Assembly (NCBI GenBank): GCA_051362555.1
Contig: CM120644.1
Span: 2,984,954-3,048,953, forward strand
Length of the DNA stretch: 64,000 nt
DNA from: Lingula anatina
Lineage: Eukaryota > Animalia > Brachiopoda
Direction: 5' to 3'
In this document: positions 39,237 through 51,271 of the stretch, in pieces
Layout of the letters: every line of letters starts with the position of its first letter
How positions within the stretch are numbered: the first letter of the stretch is position 1
Notes under the pieces: generated by a model
What the model was told of the DNA's origin: nothing
Database searches by the model: none
Seen by the model: the letters and a program-made list of their open reading frames with translations, nothing else
Translations under genes and position numbers: made by a program

Positions 39237-39932
39237 TATTTCCTCAAATTAATGCATAAAATCTTCTCTGTTCATAGGATTTGATCTTAATTTGTTATCC
39301 AGGAGATATTTCTGAAAATAACAATATGAAATCAATATTAATTGCTATCAAGATGTAAAATTGTTATCAGTTAGTTCCTCTTCAACAAGACTGCATAACT
39401 GTATCCCTACAGATAAGCAATTTTATTATCAAAACAATAATACTATAACATCTTTGACAAATGAAGATTTTTTGCTATTCTATTCACATTTTCATTTCAT
39501 TTTTTCTTTGCATTTTTGGTTTGTTTCTGCTTGGTTTTCATCTATTAACCCTGAGGAAAAATCTTTAGCACTTGGCCCAGACTTAAATAAGCTTGTGCAA
39601 GCCTCAACCTTAAAAATCATTTGAAAAGGCCTTAGTGCATGCAAATCCACTTTACTGATATTTGATCTTTAATTTAAGTAAGGTGAGATTTTAAAACAGA
39701 AGGTAAACATGCCATTGCATAAGAATTTGAATTGTTTGTTTTGTTTTTTGAAATGTTTGCTCCCGTTTCCCTTTAACAATTGGTTGGGTCAAGCCTTGTG
39801 ATAGAAATACCAGTTTTAATTCCTGAATACAGAACCAGTTGCACTACACATCAGAATTGATTTGGAATTATCTGTACAGTGATACAGCATGTTTTACCCC
39901 CTCCCCCTCACTCTCTCTCTCCTGGACCCCCT

Positions 39933-39969
<37 letters not shown>

Positions 39970-41249
39970 TGTATGATAATCCACAGATGAATATTTCTTA
40001 CAGATTTGCAGAAGAAAGGAAGATTAAAAATGCAAGCCAACTTCAAGTTGAGGCATTTTGAGTAACAAGCACTCTAAAAACTAAAATGAGGATATCATTT
40101 TCGATCACATGTTCAGAGACTTGATGCCTACATGCTGAAACTTACCTTTTGATTGAGAAAGACTTTCACAGCTTTATTTCATATATACAGATATTTGAAG
40201 ATGAGCATACTAGTAAGAACGTAAAAATCAAGCTGATGCTCTGCTCCCTATCCCCACCCCCCTTGCAGGGGGATAAAGGTTTGAACATGGGTCCTATGTT
40301 TGATGAACCTCCCTACTAATTTGGCTAGGAAATGCCAGCTCTGAATCAAAATTTGTTCTCTTGAGATACTATTTAATTTTTCAAATTGGGTTGATATTGG
40401 TGGAAAAAAGATCCCTCCTCCCTCTGGAAACAACTGGCTATACAAACGTGCACAATCAACATTCAAAACAATACTTATAAAGTTTCAAAATATCATACGG
40501 TACATAATGAACTTGCAAGCTTAACTGACAGATGCATATCTCTAATTTTTTTTTTTTTAAAGTGAGAAAAATTTCATTCTCGCTTGTCAAATATATCTTA
40601 TTTTAAATCACTCTCTGCCACAATAAAGACCCGATCACCTACTCACCCAGCCACAAGTCACAGAGTACAAATGATTTTAATATTCAGCATGCTATATAAC
40701 CGTGAGGCAGGCTTTTCCATAAGAAAGGCATGACAAACCTCATGTTGTTGACACAAGTATCAGAAATCATTTCGCCCATTTAAACACTGAACCAGCTATT
40801 TGTTTGGATAGCCTATATTTATCTAGAAAGGGCTAGTGCATATAAATGCAATCGACCATGGTGGATTTAATATGTATATATTGCATTCTGACATAGTTCC
40901 TGTCCGCAACTAACTTTGTGCTTTTTTGACTTTGGATACTGATTCATTAGTCAACTTTAAACCTCTTAATTAAAAATTAATTATTTTTATCTAAAATGTA
41001 TTTTTTCACAAACACCTAGCGGGATCAAACGAATATTACTTGACCTATTAAAGTAATTAAATGTCTACTTAACATATTTATAGGCAAACAATATTGCCTC
41101 ACCTCTACAACCACTATCTGCAATGCTTATTTTGAATTCAGTTACTGAATAATATGCAAAATCCGAAAACAATTAAAATCGCCCTGAATTTTGTTCAAAG
41201 AATTCAGCTACCTGTGCGTTCGTTGCAACTTCATATACACCCAAATATA

Positions 41250-41460
41250 TATAAATTTATGATCAAATGGTACGTAATTATCTTACAGAAACCCCCATGA
41301 TTAAGACTTACCCAAACGGGAGAAATCACAACTAACAAGAACGATTTTCAACAATGCCACTCACGCGCACTACCTTCGAATGATTGTGCTCTTTTGGGGA
41401 AGAAGGAGTGAAAACAACCAAGGCGATAACGAGGTTCGGATTTCCCTTGGAAAGAAAAGT
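41250..41460. promoter_or_regulatory. Candidate bidirectional promoter between the SRCIN1-like gene (-) and OVCA2 (+)
   Basis: Local CpG enrichment; minus-strand donor TGG|gtaagt at 41311 about 150 bp from the OVCA2 ATG at 41461. Confidence 0.5.
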
Positions 41461-44400
41461 ATGGCCCAAGACTCGAAAGAGACATTGAAAGTATGTAGTT
41501 TTTGCTTAGATCTTTCGATTATTTTCCCGTTTATGCATTCTTCAGATCTGTGAGTTGTTAGTTAAAAATTTAGACTACATACTACATTATGCCATTCTTT
41601 ATTTTTCCCGAACTGTTTTGATCTGTGTCTTAATTTTATCATAGTATACTTTCTTTTTTGAATGAGTGCGAGAGAGAAAATATAAATCACTACACAGAAA
41701 GAGAATAATCAAACCTTGAACTTGTTTTTTGGCGTTTTCAGATTCTTTGTATACATGGATATCGTCAGAATGGTCAGGCCTTTAGGGAAAGGACTGGGGC
41801 CTTTAGGAAAATAACTAAAAAGTATGCTGAGTTAGGTATGTGAATTGAAGTGTGATCTACAGTGCATCTGACTTTCATCTCTGGACCTGCTTCCCCAGTT
41901 AGACTGCCCCTCTGGGGAGTATATATCCCTCCTCCCCTTTTGAAATGCATTACCCTCTGCAATCATGGAGGACAAAGGGTACATGGAGTTAGGCGAGGGA
42001 TTCATTCCTATTGACATCACCTCAGTTTCCACAGGGCCCAATACAGTTTTTGTAACTGACTATACTAGCAGACCATGTGATCAGAGAGGACTGTCCCCTC
42101 CACCCCCATTTTGAAATCTCTGGATGACGTTTTCCTTAACAATAAATAACTAAGAATGAAATACTCATGAATGTCTAGCAATCAAACAAGTGAAATGATG
42201 TTGTTGTTTTTTTTTAATAGAAAGGCATATTTTAATACATAAAGTCTAAACATCGATTTCATTCTTATTTCCAGTATTTATTGATGCTCCAAACTCAGTT
42301 CCTCCCTTAGAGGATGCAGCAGATGGAGATACAGGTAGCTATAACTTTCTTGGTAGATTCACAATAATGTGTTTGCCTCAAGAAGGCCTTACTGTGCTTT
42401 ATAGTCTGAGCCTTAAATGAAATCAGTTGAGTGTTGTATAATTTTGGCATCATCATAAATGATACTGGTCTGCAAACAAGTGAGATCCTCACAATAATGA
42501 GACAAAAACAACTCTGGTCTAAACATGTTGCTGCTGCTGCTATTCTGCTCAAGGAGGAAGGAGGATTATGTTTAATTCCAAATTAATCGTGTAATTTAAG
42601 TGATTTTCAGTGTTGTCAGATTGAATTAATTTAATTTTCTTCTGTCATGCTTATGGTCTTTGTTTTCCAAAATTTATGGAGCCTTTTTTATTTACTAATT
42701 TTATTTATTTATTTATTGACTTGGTGATTACTGGATGAAGAGGTTGATCAATTTATCAATCCACTGATTGATTAAATGTCTGACTCATTTATCTATTTGA
42801 TTGTTGGATTAATGGATAATATGTCCGATTTCTTTCTTTCTTTCTTTCAGTGGACCAGAGGGGTTGGTGGTTCTCCAGAGAGGATGACTACTTCAGAGCC
42901 CAGGATGACACTGACTGTTGTAAAGGATTTGACCAGTCACTACAGACAATACAGCAGGCTTTCCAGGAGCAGGTAATATGTACAATGTACGGTGTTTCCT
43001 CTCAATTTTAAAGCACCTTACATTTTTTACACATTTCTTTCCAGTTCATACAGGTATTTATAACTACTTGAAGTAAGTTTCCATCCAAAAAGACCATGTC
43101 TTTCTTATAATGAAGCAGGCCAACAATTTCATTTAAGTGGTCTACTACTGGTTTTCTTATGTCAAAATAGACTGACATTTTCAAAAAAATATGTTTAAAT
43201 GAAACATTTTGCCCACTTTAAAAATTAAGAAATACATAATGTATCAAATATGGTGAACTGCAGGTTTATCCTGAAGTAGACTAAAAGTTTTTAAATTACT
43301 AATGTCATGCCATATTTCAGGGTCCATTTGATGGTGTTCTGGGGTTCAGCCAGGGGGCAGCACTGGTGGCCTTGATGTGTGGACTGAGAGAAAAAGATGA
43401 AGAAGGTAGGAAATTAGAGGTGTCATCATCTTTATCAGCATCATCATCATCAGCAGCAGCAGCAGTATGATTTAGTGAACAGAGGTGAAAATATGTCCAC
43501 AATGCGCTGCCCTAGAACTTGCTGTCCCAGGCAAGAAGTTTGGAAGGTCTTCAATTTCTCCTCTAAACACACTCAGTATAAATTAATTATTGGTGTAATG
43601 CATAGGATAAGAGAATTAGGAGATTACTGAAAATTTTTACCATTCTTCTTCAAATTCTGGTATTGCACTGTGAGAGACAACTTTTTACCTACAAACCCAA
43701 GAATACAAAGAGAGTTAGATTTATGTCAGGATTGTTTATTTGTGGACACGATATCTCAAAAGGTTTTTCTCAAATTTTAATGAAATTTTCAGGGGAGATT
43801 GTTCTTGAGGGGAAAAAAAAGAAAAACTATTTAAACTAAATGGGTGTCTTCTAATATTGAGAGATTAAACATGAATTGTTCTGATATCATTTACATCATA
43901 TTTACTCTTAGGACTGCTCTCTAGTTTTTTCCTATATCTTCCAGCTTGTCCATTCAAGTTTGACTTTGTGATGTTGGTGGCAGGATTTAAAAGTCATTCA
44001 AAACCACACGAGGAAATCTACAAGATCCCAATAACCTGTCCCTCCCTTCACGTGTTTGGGGATACTGACAAGGTCATTCCTAAAGGTAGGCATTTTTTAT
44101 CTGATATTCATTTTATCTCTGCTTTTAAATTTTTTTCTGTCTAGTAGCTTGGTCTTCCACCCATTTATTCTGTGTATTTTTCTTTGAGTTATTTTACTGG
44201 ACTTACAAAGTTATAGTGGAGACTGTGAAAGAAAACATGTAATGCAGTTATCTTTATTTATTTTGAAAATTAATTTTATTTTATTCAATTTGTTTGTGCA
44301 TTTAAAATGCCCTTAATATACTGTAATTATTTTTTCTGCAGATATGAGTGAAGATTTGCTGCAGTATTTTGTGGAGCCCAGGACTCTGGAACATCCTGGT

Positions 44401-44499
44401 GGTCACTTCATACCAGCCTCAGGACCACACAAAAAAGTCTACACAGAATTTCTAGAGAATATGTTGCTAAGGAAGAAACAAAGAAGTGCCAAGTCCTGA
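41461..44499 (+). CDS. OVCA2: Esterase OVCA2 (FSH1-family serine hydrolase), 229 aa, 7 coding exons
   Basis: Exons 41461-41490, 41742-41835, 42275-42334, 42851-42972, 43321-43405, 43945-44085, 44342-44499, all GT-AG and in phase (690 nt). Motifs LKILCIHGYRQN, RGWWFS, GPFDGVLGFSQGA (nucleophile Ser), SLHVFGDTDKVIP (Asp), HPGGHFIP (His). Confidence 0.95.
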
Positions 44500-45455
44500 T
44501 AGCTGCTGTTGATTATCAAATTTTAAATAATTACTTTTTTAAATATTACAATTGGAGTAAGGCCAGGCCTAAGGTTAATAGTTTAGAACCATAAGAAGAT
44601 AAGTTGTTATGGATGAAATTAATTTAAACAACAATGTTTGTTATGAACAACTATATTCACATGAAGGAGCTTACTAGTATGTTATGACGACCAAATGTGG
44701 AAAAATGAAAAGAAATAATTCTGGAAAGTGTAGCTTTAAAAAAATAACTTGCAGACGAAATATTCAGCTACTTGAATTGTAAATTCAAAACTTCAAAACT
44801 ACTACAATTAAACTGAGCTCGTTATATGCACTGTTTAAATGCTGATTCGTGTCTGAACACTTGTCAGCTTCAGCTGCCTTGCTTTGAAATCGGGGGAAAA
44901 CGGAATAGAGCAGCTTTGACTATTGATGTAGTATGTACTTGCAGTGCTTACGTTTAAGTTTTCTAATAAAAAGTCACTCCATGACTGAAACAGTTTTTTT
45001 TACCATGTTGCTTATTGAAATAAAGATTGTCACAAACGACTAATATTGGCAATACATTCTTGAAAATATAACTTTTGAGCAGTGATAAGCTCTTGAAAAG
45101 ATAAATGTGAACAATAACAAGCTTTGAAGTAAGACCAAAACCACACCCTAATGAATATATTACACGGGGGGGGGGGGGGGGGGGGTATGGCATTTCATAG
45201 TTAGTTGATAGTTTGTCGCCGGTTGAGGGACGCATGCTTCGTGCTCACCGATTGCATTTTTTAAATATTTATTTCGTTCTTTTATCGACTCATTCGTTTA
45301 CAAACATGCAATGGTCTGGCAGTAAAAACACAACAGTTAGTTCCGCTGAGCAAGTGCGTTCAAAGAAAAAAAACTTGTATTTTACTGATAGCCTCGTAAA
45401 GACCGCACTATCTACGATACATTCAGTAATTCTGCGGCTTGTCCAACCACACACA

Positions 45456-45603
45456 TATAAACAGGACCCAGGATAGCTATCAGACATTCTCATCGTCCCG
45501 GGATCGTGGTTTGGGTAATTACTGCAATTATACGCACCGCAAAGCGGCCTTATTTCCAACGTCATTTATGCATTTCACTAAGAACTAGCTTCTGGGAGAG
45601 AAG
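45456..45603 (+). promoter_or_regulatory. TATA box and probable non-coding first exon of the BRICHOS gene
   Basis: TATAAA at 45456-45461; consensus donor AAG|gtgagt at 45604; next acceptor ttttcag at 46985 precedes the ATG at 47088. Confidence 0.55.
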
Positions 45604-47087
45604 GTGAGTACGTTGATGACTTCTGTGACTCTCTTTAAAGCGTCTGTTTTCAGCCTAAACTTATTTTTCTCCTTGCTGTGCTCCTGGTCTTTGATGTTAA
45701 GTGTTTAACTAGACCTGTAAAATAATTTTAAACGTGGCATCTAAAATGTTGATCGAGTTTCATGTTTTACGATAGCTGCGCCTTTGCACAAGTGCTAGCT
45801 GTAACTAAAACATTTCTGAAGCACGTAAATCAATTGATTTTAATGAAATGTGAAAATTGCCGTTATAGTTATCGTTATAAAAACTTACATAATATTCCTA
45901 CTGTTTTTGCGCATTTCATCCACAAAAATATACATTTAAAACTGGACAGGTAATTTTATTGTTATTTTTATTATATTTTTGCACGTTACTTCTAAACAGG
46001 TTGGAATATATTTAAATATATCTAATATAAATTGATATTTTGATTGGTTACATTATTTATACACATTAAAGGATATAAGGAAAATTAATATCTTTGCAGG
46101 CTTCTAAATTTATTTAATACAATGTAGCCATTAAACAGACGTGTGACTTTTTTTAGATTTAACTTTCATTTGTCATAATAAACCAATTATGGAGCATGGT
46201 TTTGTATTTTTATGCGACAATTCCAGATAAAACCTGTTTTAAAATTTATCTGGAAGAGCAAAGTGATATTTATTCCGATGTATTTCCTCGTTGTGATTCA
46301 TCGTCGCTGCCGGCGCCAGGCTCGATCACACAATGTTCTTCTAGATTGCATCTGAGCCGGTTTAAAATGTGTTTGCTGATTCCGAGATAGTTTGCACTAT
46401 TTGGACTACATTCTAACCTGCTTGTTCATTAATATTGAGGTTATTAATTCCTCCTCGAGTGAACAGCTCTATGACCGTCACAGCAATTATGCAAATTGTG
46501 TCACTTTCCCTCACATCTGAGATAATAATACATGTAGCTTACTCAGATCAAGATTTGTATATCATTTAGTGGTAATGGTTGTGTAAAGAGAGAGGAGATT
46601 TCTATCATCGCCATCTTAATATACATTTGTACCTGACGTAAACGTTATGAGCGCTATATAACCTTTGGCATATAGGCATACTGGTTACATTTTTATCGAG
46701 CAAACCTCAACAAATTTTTTAGGATTTTCCAAACTGTTCAAGAAATACAGCTGATTGGGTGCCGGTCAGTATATTTAATTTGTTTGAAGTCAAATATGTT
46801 TCACGCCCATATTTAAAGAACAGAGGCTGCAGTTGCTGATGCTACTCTTTTCCTCAGAATTTGATTTTGAGTTATGGTAGAGTTTCGCTCATAGGTTGCT
46901 AGGGCCTTTCATGCTTGTGACAACTTCTCAGCCTTTTTTAAAACTTTCAATGAAAAATAATTAATATTATATTTAACATTTTCAGGAGAAAGGTGGTCAG
47001 ACATGAAGAGATTACAAGCAACTTGAGAAAATTCTCAGTTCACCCTTTAACCTTAAAAGAAGACCAGTGCTCCAAAAGTTCTTCACA

Positions 47088-48914
47088 ATGAAGGGCAAGG
47101 TAAAAGACGAGGTGAACGAAACGACCAACAACAATGATTACAAAACTGACAAACAAAAATCAGAAAATGTCGAAGACAACTGCAAAAAGAATGAAGAAAG
47201 CAATACAAAAGACGCACACAAAAGAAACAATCAGGATAGCAAGAATTCAAACGAGGTAGGCGTCCCGACGTGGGGTAGGCCCCTATGATAAAATATGAAA
47301 AATGCGTAGTTGAAGAAAATTATTGCTGTCGAAAAGTGATACGATATTAAAACCTCAAGACATATTTGGTTATGCCAAACTGTCTCAGCACATTAGATAT
47401 TACAGTTTTTAATGGAAAGACAATATATATATACACGCCCAGACTAAATAATATTTTAGGTTTCATGTCGGTTCACCGACATACCAGCACTTTAATTCAA
47501 TCTTTAATTCTTGTATAATTTAAGTGAGCGAGGAAATTTGAGATATGATATCTCTAGATGCGGTCACGACTATCCTATTAGGTGACACTTAGGCCCTACT
47601 TTGTAAATATTTCTTAACACGAACAGGGAAACAGCCTGCTCATATGTACCAGGAAACGATACGTGACGTCAGCAGCATGTTTCGTCATCTTCGTCGCCAT
47701 GGTAATTATTGGAACAGCCCTAGCAACGTATTATGGACTCGTTTATCCTAGGCGTAGATTTAAAGTAAGTTAATTGAAACCTTAATGTATTTTGTGTCGA
47801 ATGTTTATATTTCTTTTTTACAATTTCGAGATAATAGGTACATGCCGTAGTACTATCAAAATGATTGCATATTATGTAACAACCTGCAACAATGATAGAG
47901 CTGCTATACTCAGTAGCCTATGACTTATAACGCACCCAGACCACACGGTTTAAGCTCTACCAAACTTAATATAGATTTTTAAATGTTATTGTAAATGCAC
48001 TAGAACCGAAATAAATAAAAAATATAATAATATAAAATAACATTCCTGTTATTTTGTTATTATGCCGTTGAAGACAATTTCAAACATATTTTTTTCCTAT
48101 CTCCAGGAGTACGTGGTGTATTTCAGGGACAACACTAGTGTCCTGGAAGAAGAGATTCAACTGGACGCTCACAGACAGATCGAAGTCTTTCACAGTCCCT
48201 CACACAATGGAACGCCAGAGTTTTACTTTATGTTGGATTATAAAATCGTAAGTCGTGCGTGTCTTTTACTAGGACATCAGGTTGATTTTTCATTAGCTAT
48301 GTCTCTGGCTATATGATGCTGTACACCTTTCTCTATGTATTAAAATATAGCGAGAATTTTTGTGTGAAATAGATGTTATCGCCTCGAGTATGGAGTAGGT
48401 CGTGCAGGAATGAGAGATGTAGTATAATTATGAATTTGTTTTTGTCACGCTAATTGTATATATATTTAGCGTATTCTGGGTTTTGTATAAATACTTTGTA
48501 CTTTTTGCTCACGTTGGAATAAATTAGCTATCTGTGTGGACCGTCACTCCTCTTTTGAATAAATAATAGGCGCAAGGTTTGGTATTGAACTGAAAAGTTT
48601 CATAAAATGAATTGATTGTGACGAGTGACTTAATTTCAAATACAAATCTTCATAATTATTAGAATTTTCACGTGCAGTAAGTGCGCCTAAATATGCCACT
48701 GTCACGAAGATGCCGACATTAACGAACTTAAACTATCACGTTGGAAGTAAGACTGTATTTGATCTTTGTGTCTCTCTTACAGGGACTGTCGGCCATGAAG
48801 TTTGGTGACGACACCACGTGTTTCCTGCGGAATCTCACCTTGGCGGAGGTACACACGGGGAGAAATCTGTCCCTGGTGGATGACACACTGGCGCAGTCAC
48901 AGGTAGACTACTAG

Positions 48915-48956
<42 letters not shown>

Positions 48957-51271
48957 CCAGTACCTTTATGGATGCGCATACAGGGTTGTATATACGGCGA
49001 ATAGCAAATTCGGTAAAAAGCGCCTTCCGCTGGTTTTTCAAAGTGTTTCAGAAACATTTGGACACTATCTATGTTTTTGATCCCTTTGACATATGATGTT
49101 GGAACAGAACTTTAGGCGTTAGGTTATGCTCAATATTTTAGTAGACTTTACCGATAAATAGAAACATTGACCGCTATTTAAACCTTTCAGCACGTGACCA
49201 TCTGCCAAAGCCTATATACACCACTATATGAACATTGTCATTAAAAGATTATGACTGTCGTTCATAAAATAAGGTACTTACCAACACGAAAGTTATCGTC
49301 TTTTAACGTACCAAAAATCTTCTAACAGATTAAAAGCATCCTCCTGACGATGGTTTCATGGGCATTTCTCAAATTGTAGGGCGCCCTTACCACCCCGACA
49401 GCGGCCTTTGACGTGGTATATACGGCGGAGAACGTGACCGTTGGAGAGGGCGAGCTGGGCGATCCGTTGACTGACTTCTGCTCCCAACGAGATATTATGA
49501 TGTTACAGCCACAGTTGGTGTATACTGAAGGTAAGCGTATGTTAAGTTGTTATTTGCAGTGAATTAGGCCTAACTTTTGATGTTGTATAGTTTATTTTCA
49601 GTTAATTGTTGTGTTAAGCGCCCTTTAATTTGTTCGCAATGGATTAACGCGTTTATTCGTCATACGTGAATTCAACTGGAACCATTTTATCCGTTTATTC
49701 TTTCATTTACAATCATTTTTTTTTCAATAGCGATAGTCATGTTAAATTTTACCAATAAAATGTCCAAAAATGGCTTTGGCTGCCCGACAACGTCGATAAA
49801 AAGTCGATAACTATAAAACTTACTGCAACCACTTCAATCTCTTTCAGACCTTTTCTCGGTCAGCCGCCATCGTCGCCAGGCTTATGGAGGCCCACCCGGG
49901 TACCCTCCCCCTCTTCCGCCTCCCTCGGGAAACAACGCTCCACCTCAAGGCGTTTATGGGCAGTACTACCCACCACCCCCACCAAAACCAATTCCCCAAG
50001 GTTATTCTGGATACTACCACCCCGGGGCCGCCCCACCATCTTACGGCTCTCCAGCAGGTTCCTACCCCGGGGCGGGCTATCCTAGACCCTCTGGTGGGTA
50101 CGGCGCTACAGCAGCAGGGCAGGGTAATACAAACGGAGCCAAGGGCGGGGTCACCGAGGGGATCACCGGGGCCGTGCTGACCAAGGCTCAGCAGGAAGCG
50201 CTCTTCAAGGACGACGAGAACATTCAAGTGCTGTGGCAGAGATGTTGGAAACACTGGAAATACCAACGTAAAGAGGCCTGCATTCTTCAGCTTCACGCTT
50301 ACTGTGTGAACCATAACGCGCCACGGCATATCTCTTGTACACAGTGGGGAATACAAAAAATCAAAGAATGTCTGGTCATCGTGAACTATCTGGAGAAATT
50401 CGGTTGCCAGAGACTGGTGAAGTATTTGGGGATCAATGGAGAATTTGCTAATTACGCAGGCGCGGGAAATTATGGAAATTACGGGAATTACGCTGGCGCC
50501 CAAGGGGCGCAGTACGGCGCTGGCGGAGCACAATATGGATCAGCATATGGCGGGTACGGAAGTGGCACCGCCGCTGCTGCTGCAGCCGCCGCTGCTGCAG
50601 CAATCGCTTCAGATCCGGCAGGAAAATATGGGTCTTCAGGCTCATATTCCGGACCAGCGGCATATTACAATGCTCCTGGATATTATGGAAAATCCGGAGT
50701 ATATGGATACAATGGAAACTCTGGTACAAATTCAAATTATGGCGCGTTAGGCAATTCTGGAAACTACGGCTCTTTGGGCAATTCTGGATACTACGGCAAC
50801 TCGGGCAATTCCGGGTATTATAATAACCTAGGTGGCAACGGCTATTACAGTGCTTCAGATGCTTCAAACAAATACGGTTCTCCGAGTGGTCAAGGAAATT
50901 ATGGTGCAACCAGCTATCAAGGAAATTACGGTTCCTCTCCCGGTCAAGTACATTCAAACTATGGTACCCAAGGAACGTATGGTACCTCTAGTAACGAAGG
51001 GTATTACGGAACTGCAGGCGGATACGATGCCACAAAAAGTCAAGGACTTGGCAAATATGGCGCGCAAGGATATAGCCGCCCGTCGGGCTTGTTGGGTTAC
51101 AGACCTCGTAATCAACAAGATTCTGATTACAGGGCGTCTGCAGCTCGTTATGCTGGTTACGGGGCACTCCCGGCCGCAGGAGGGGCACCTCCAAAAAGTG
51201 CGGCAGCACCTCTGCCAAAAATGTCCAGCAGACCCGATTTATCGGATGAGGAATATTTTGGAAGAAAGTGA
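47088..51271 (+). CDS. Type II membrane BRICHOS-domain protein with a long Gly/Tyr/Pro/Ala-rich C-terminal cargo, 713 aa, 6 coding exons
   Basis: Exons 47088-47255, 47627-47764, 48107-48247, 48783-48902, 49380-49530, 49848-51271, in phase (2142 nt). Charged N-tail; TM helix AACFVIFVAMVIIGTALATYYGLVY; BRICHOS signature LDYKIGLSAMKFGDDTTCFLR...LGDPLTDFCSQRDIMML with the conserved Asp and two Cys; five N-glycosylation sequons; furin site RHRR. Confidence 0.88.
48918..48954. repeat. (AAT)n microsatellite; related (TTTA)n/(TTA)n tract at 16390-16453
   Basis: Direct inspection. Confidence 0.9.
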
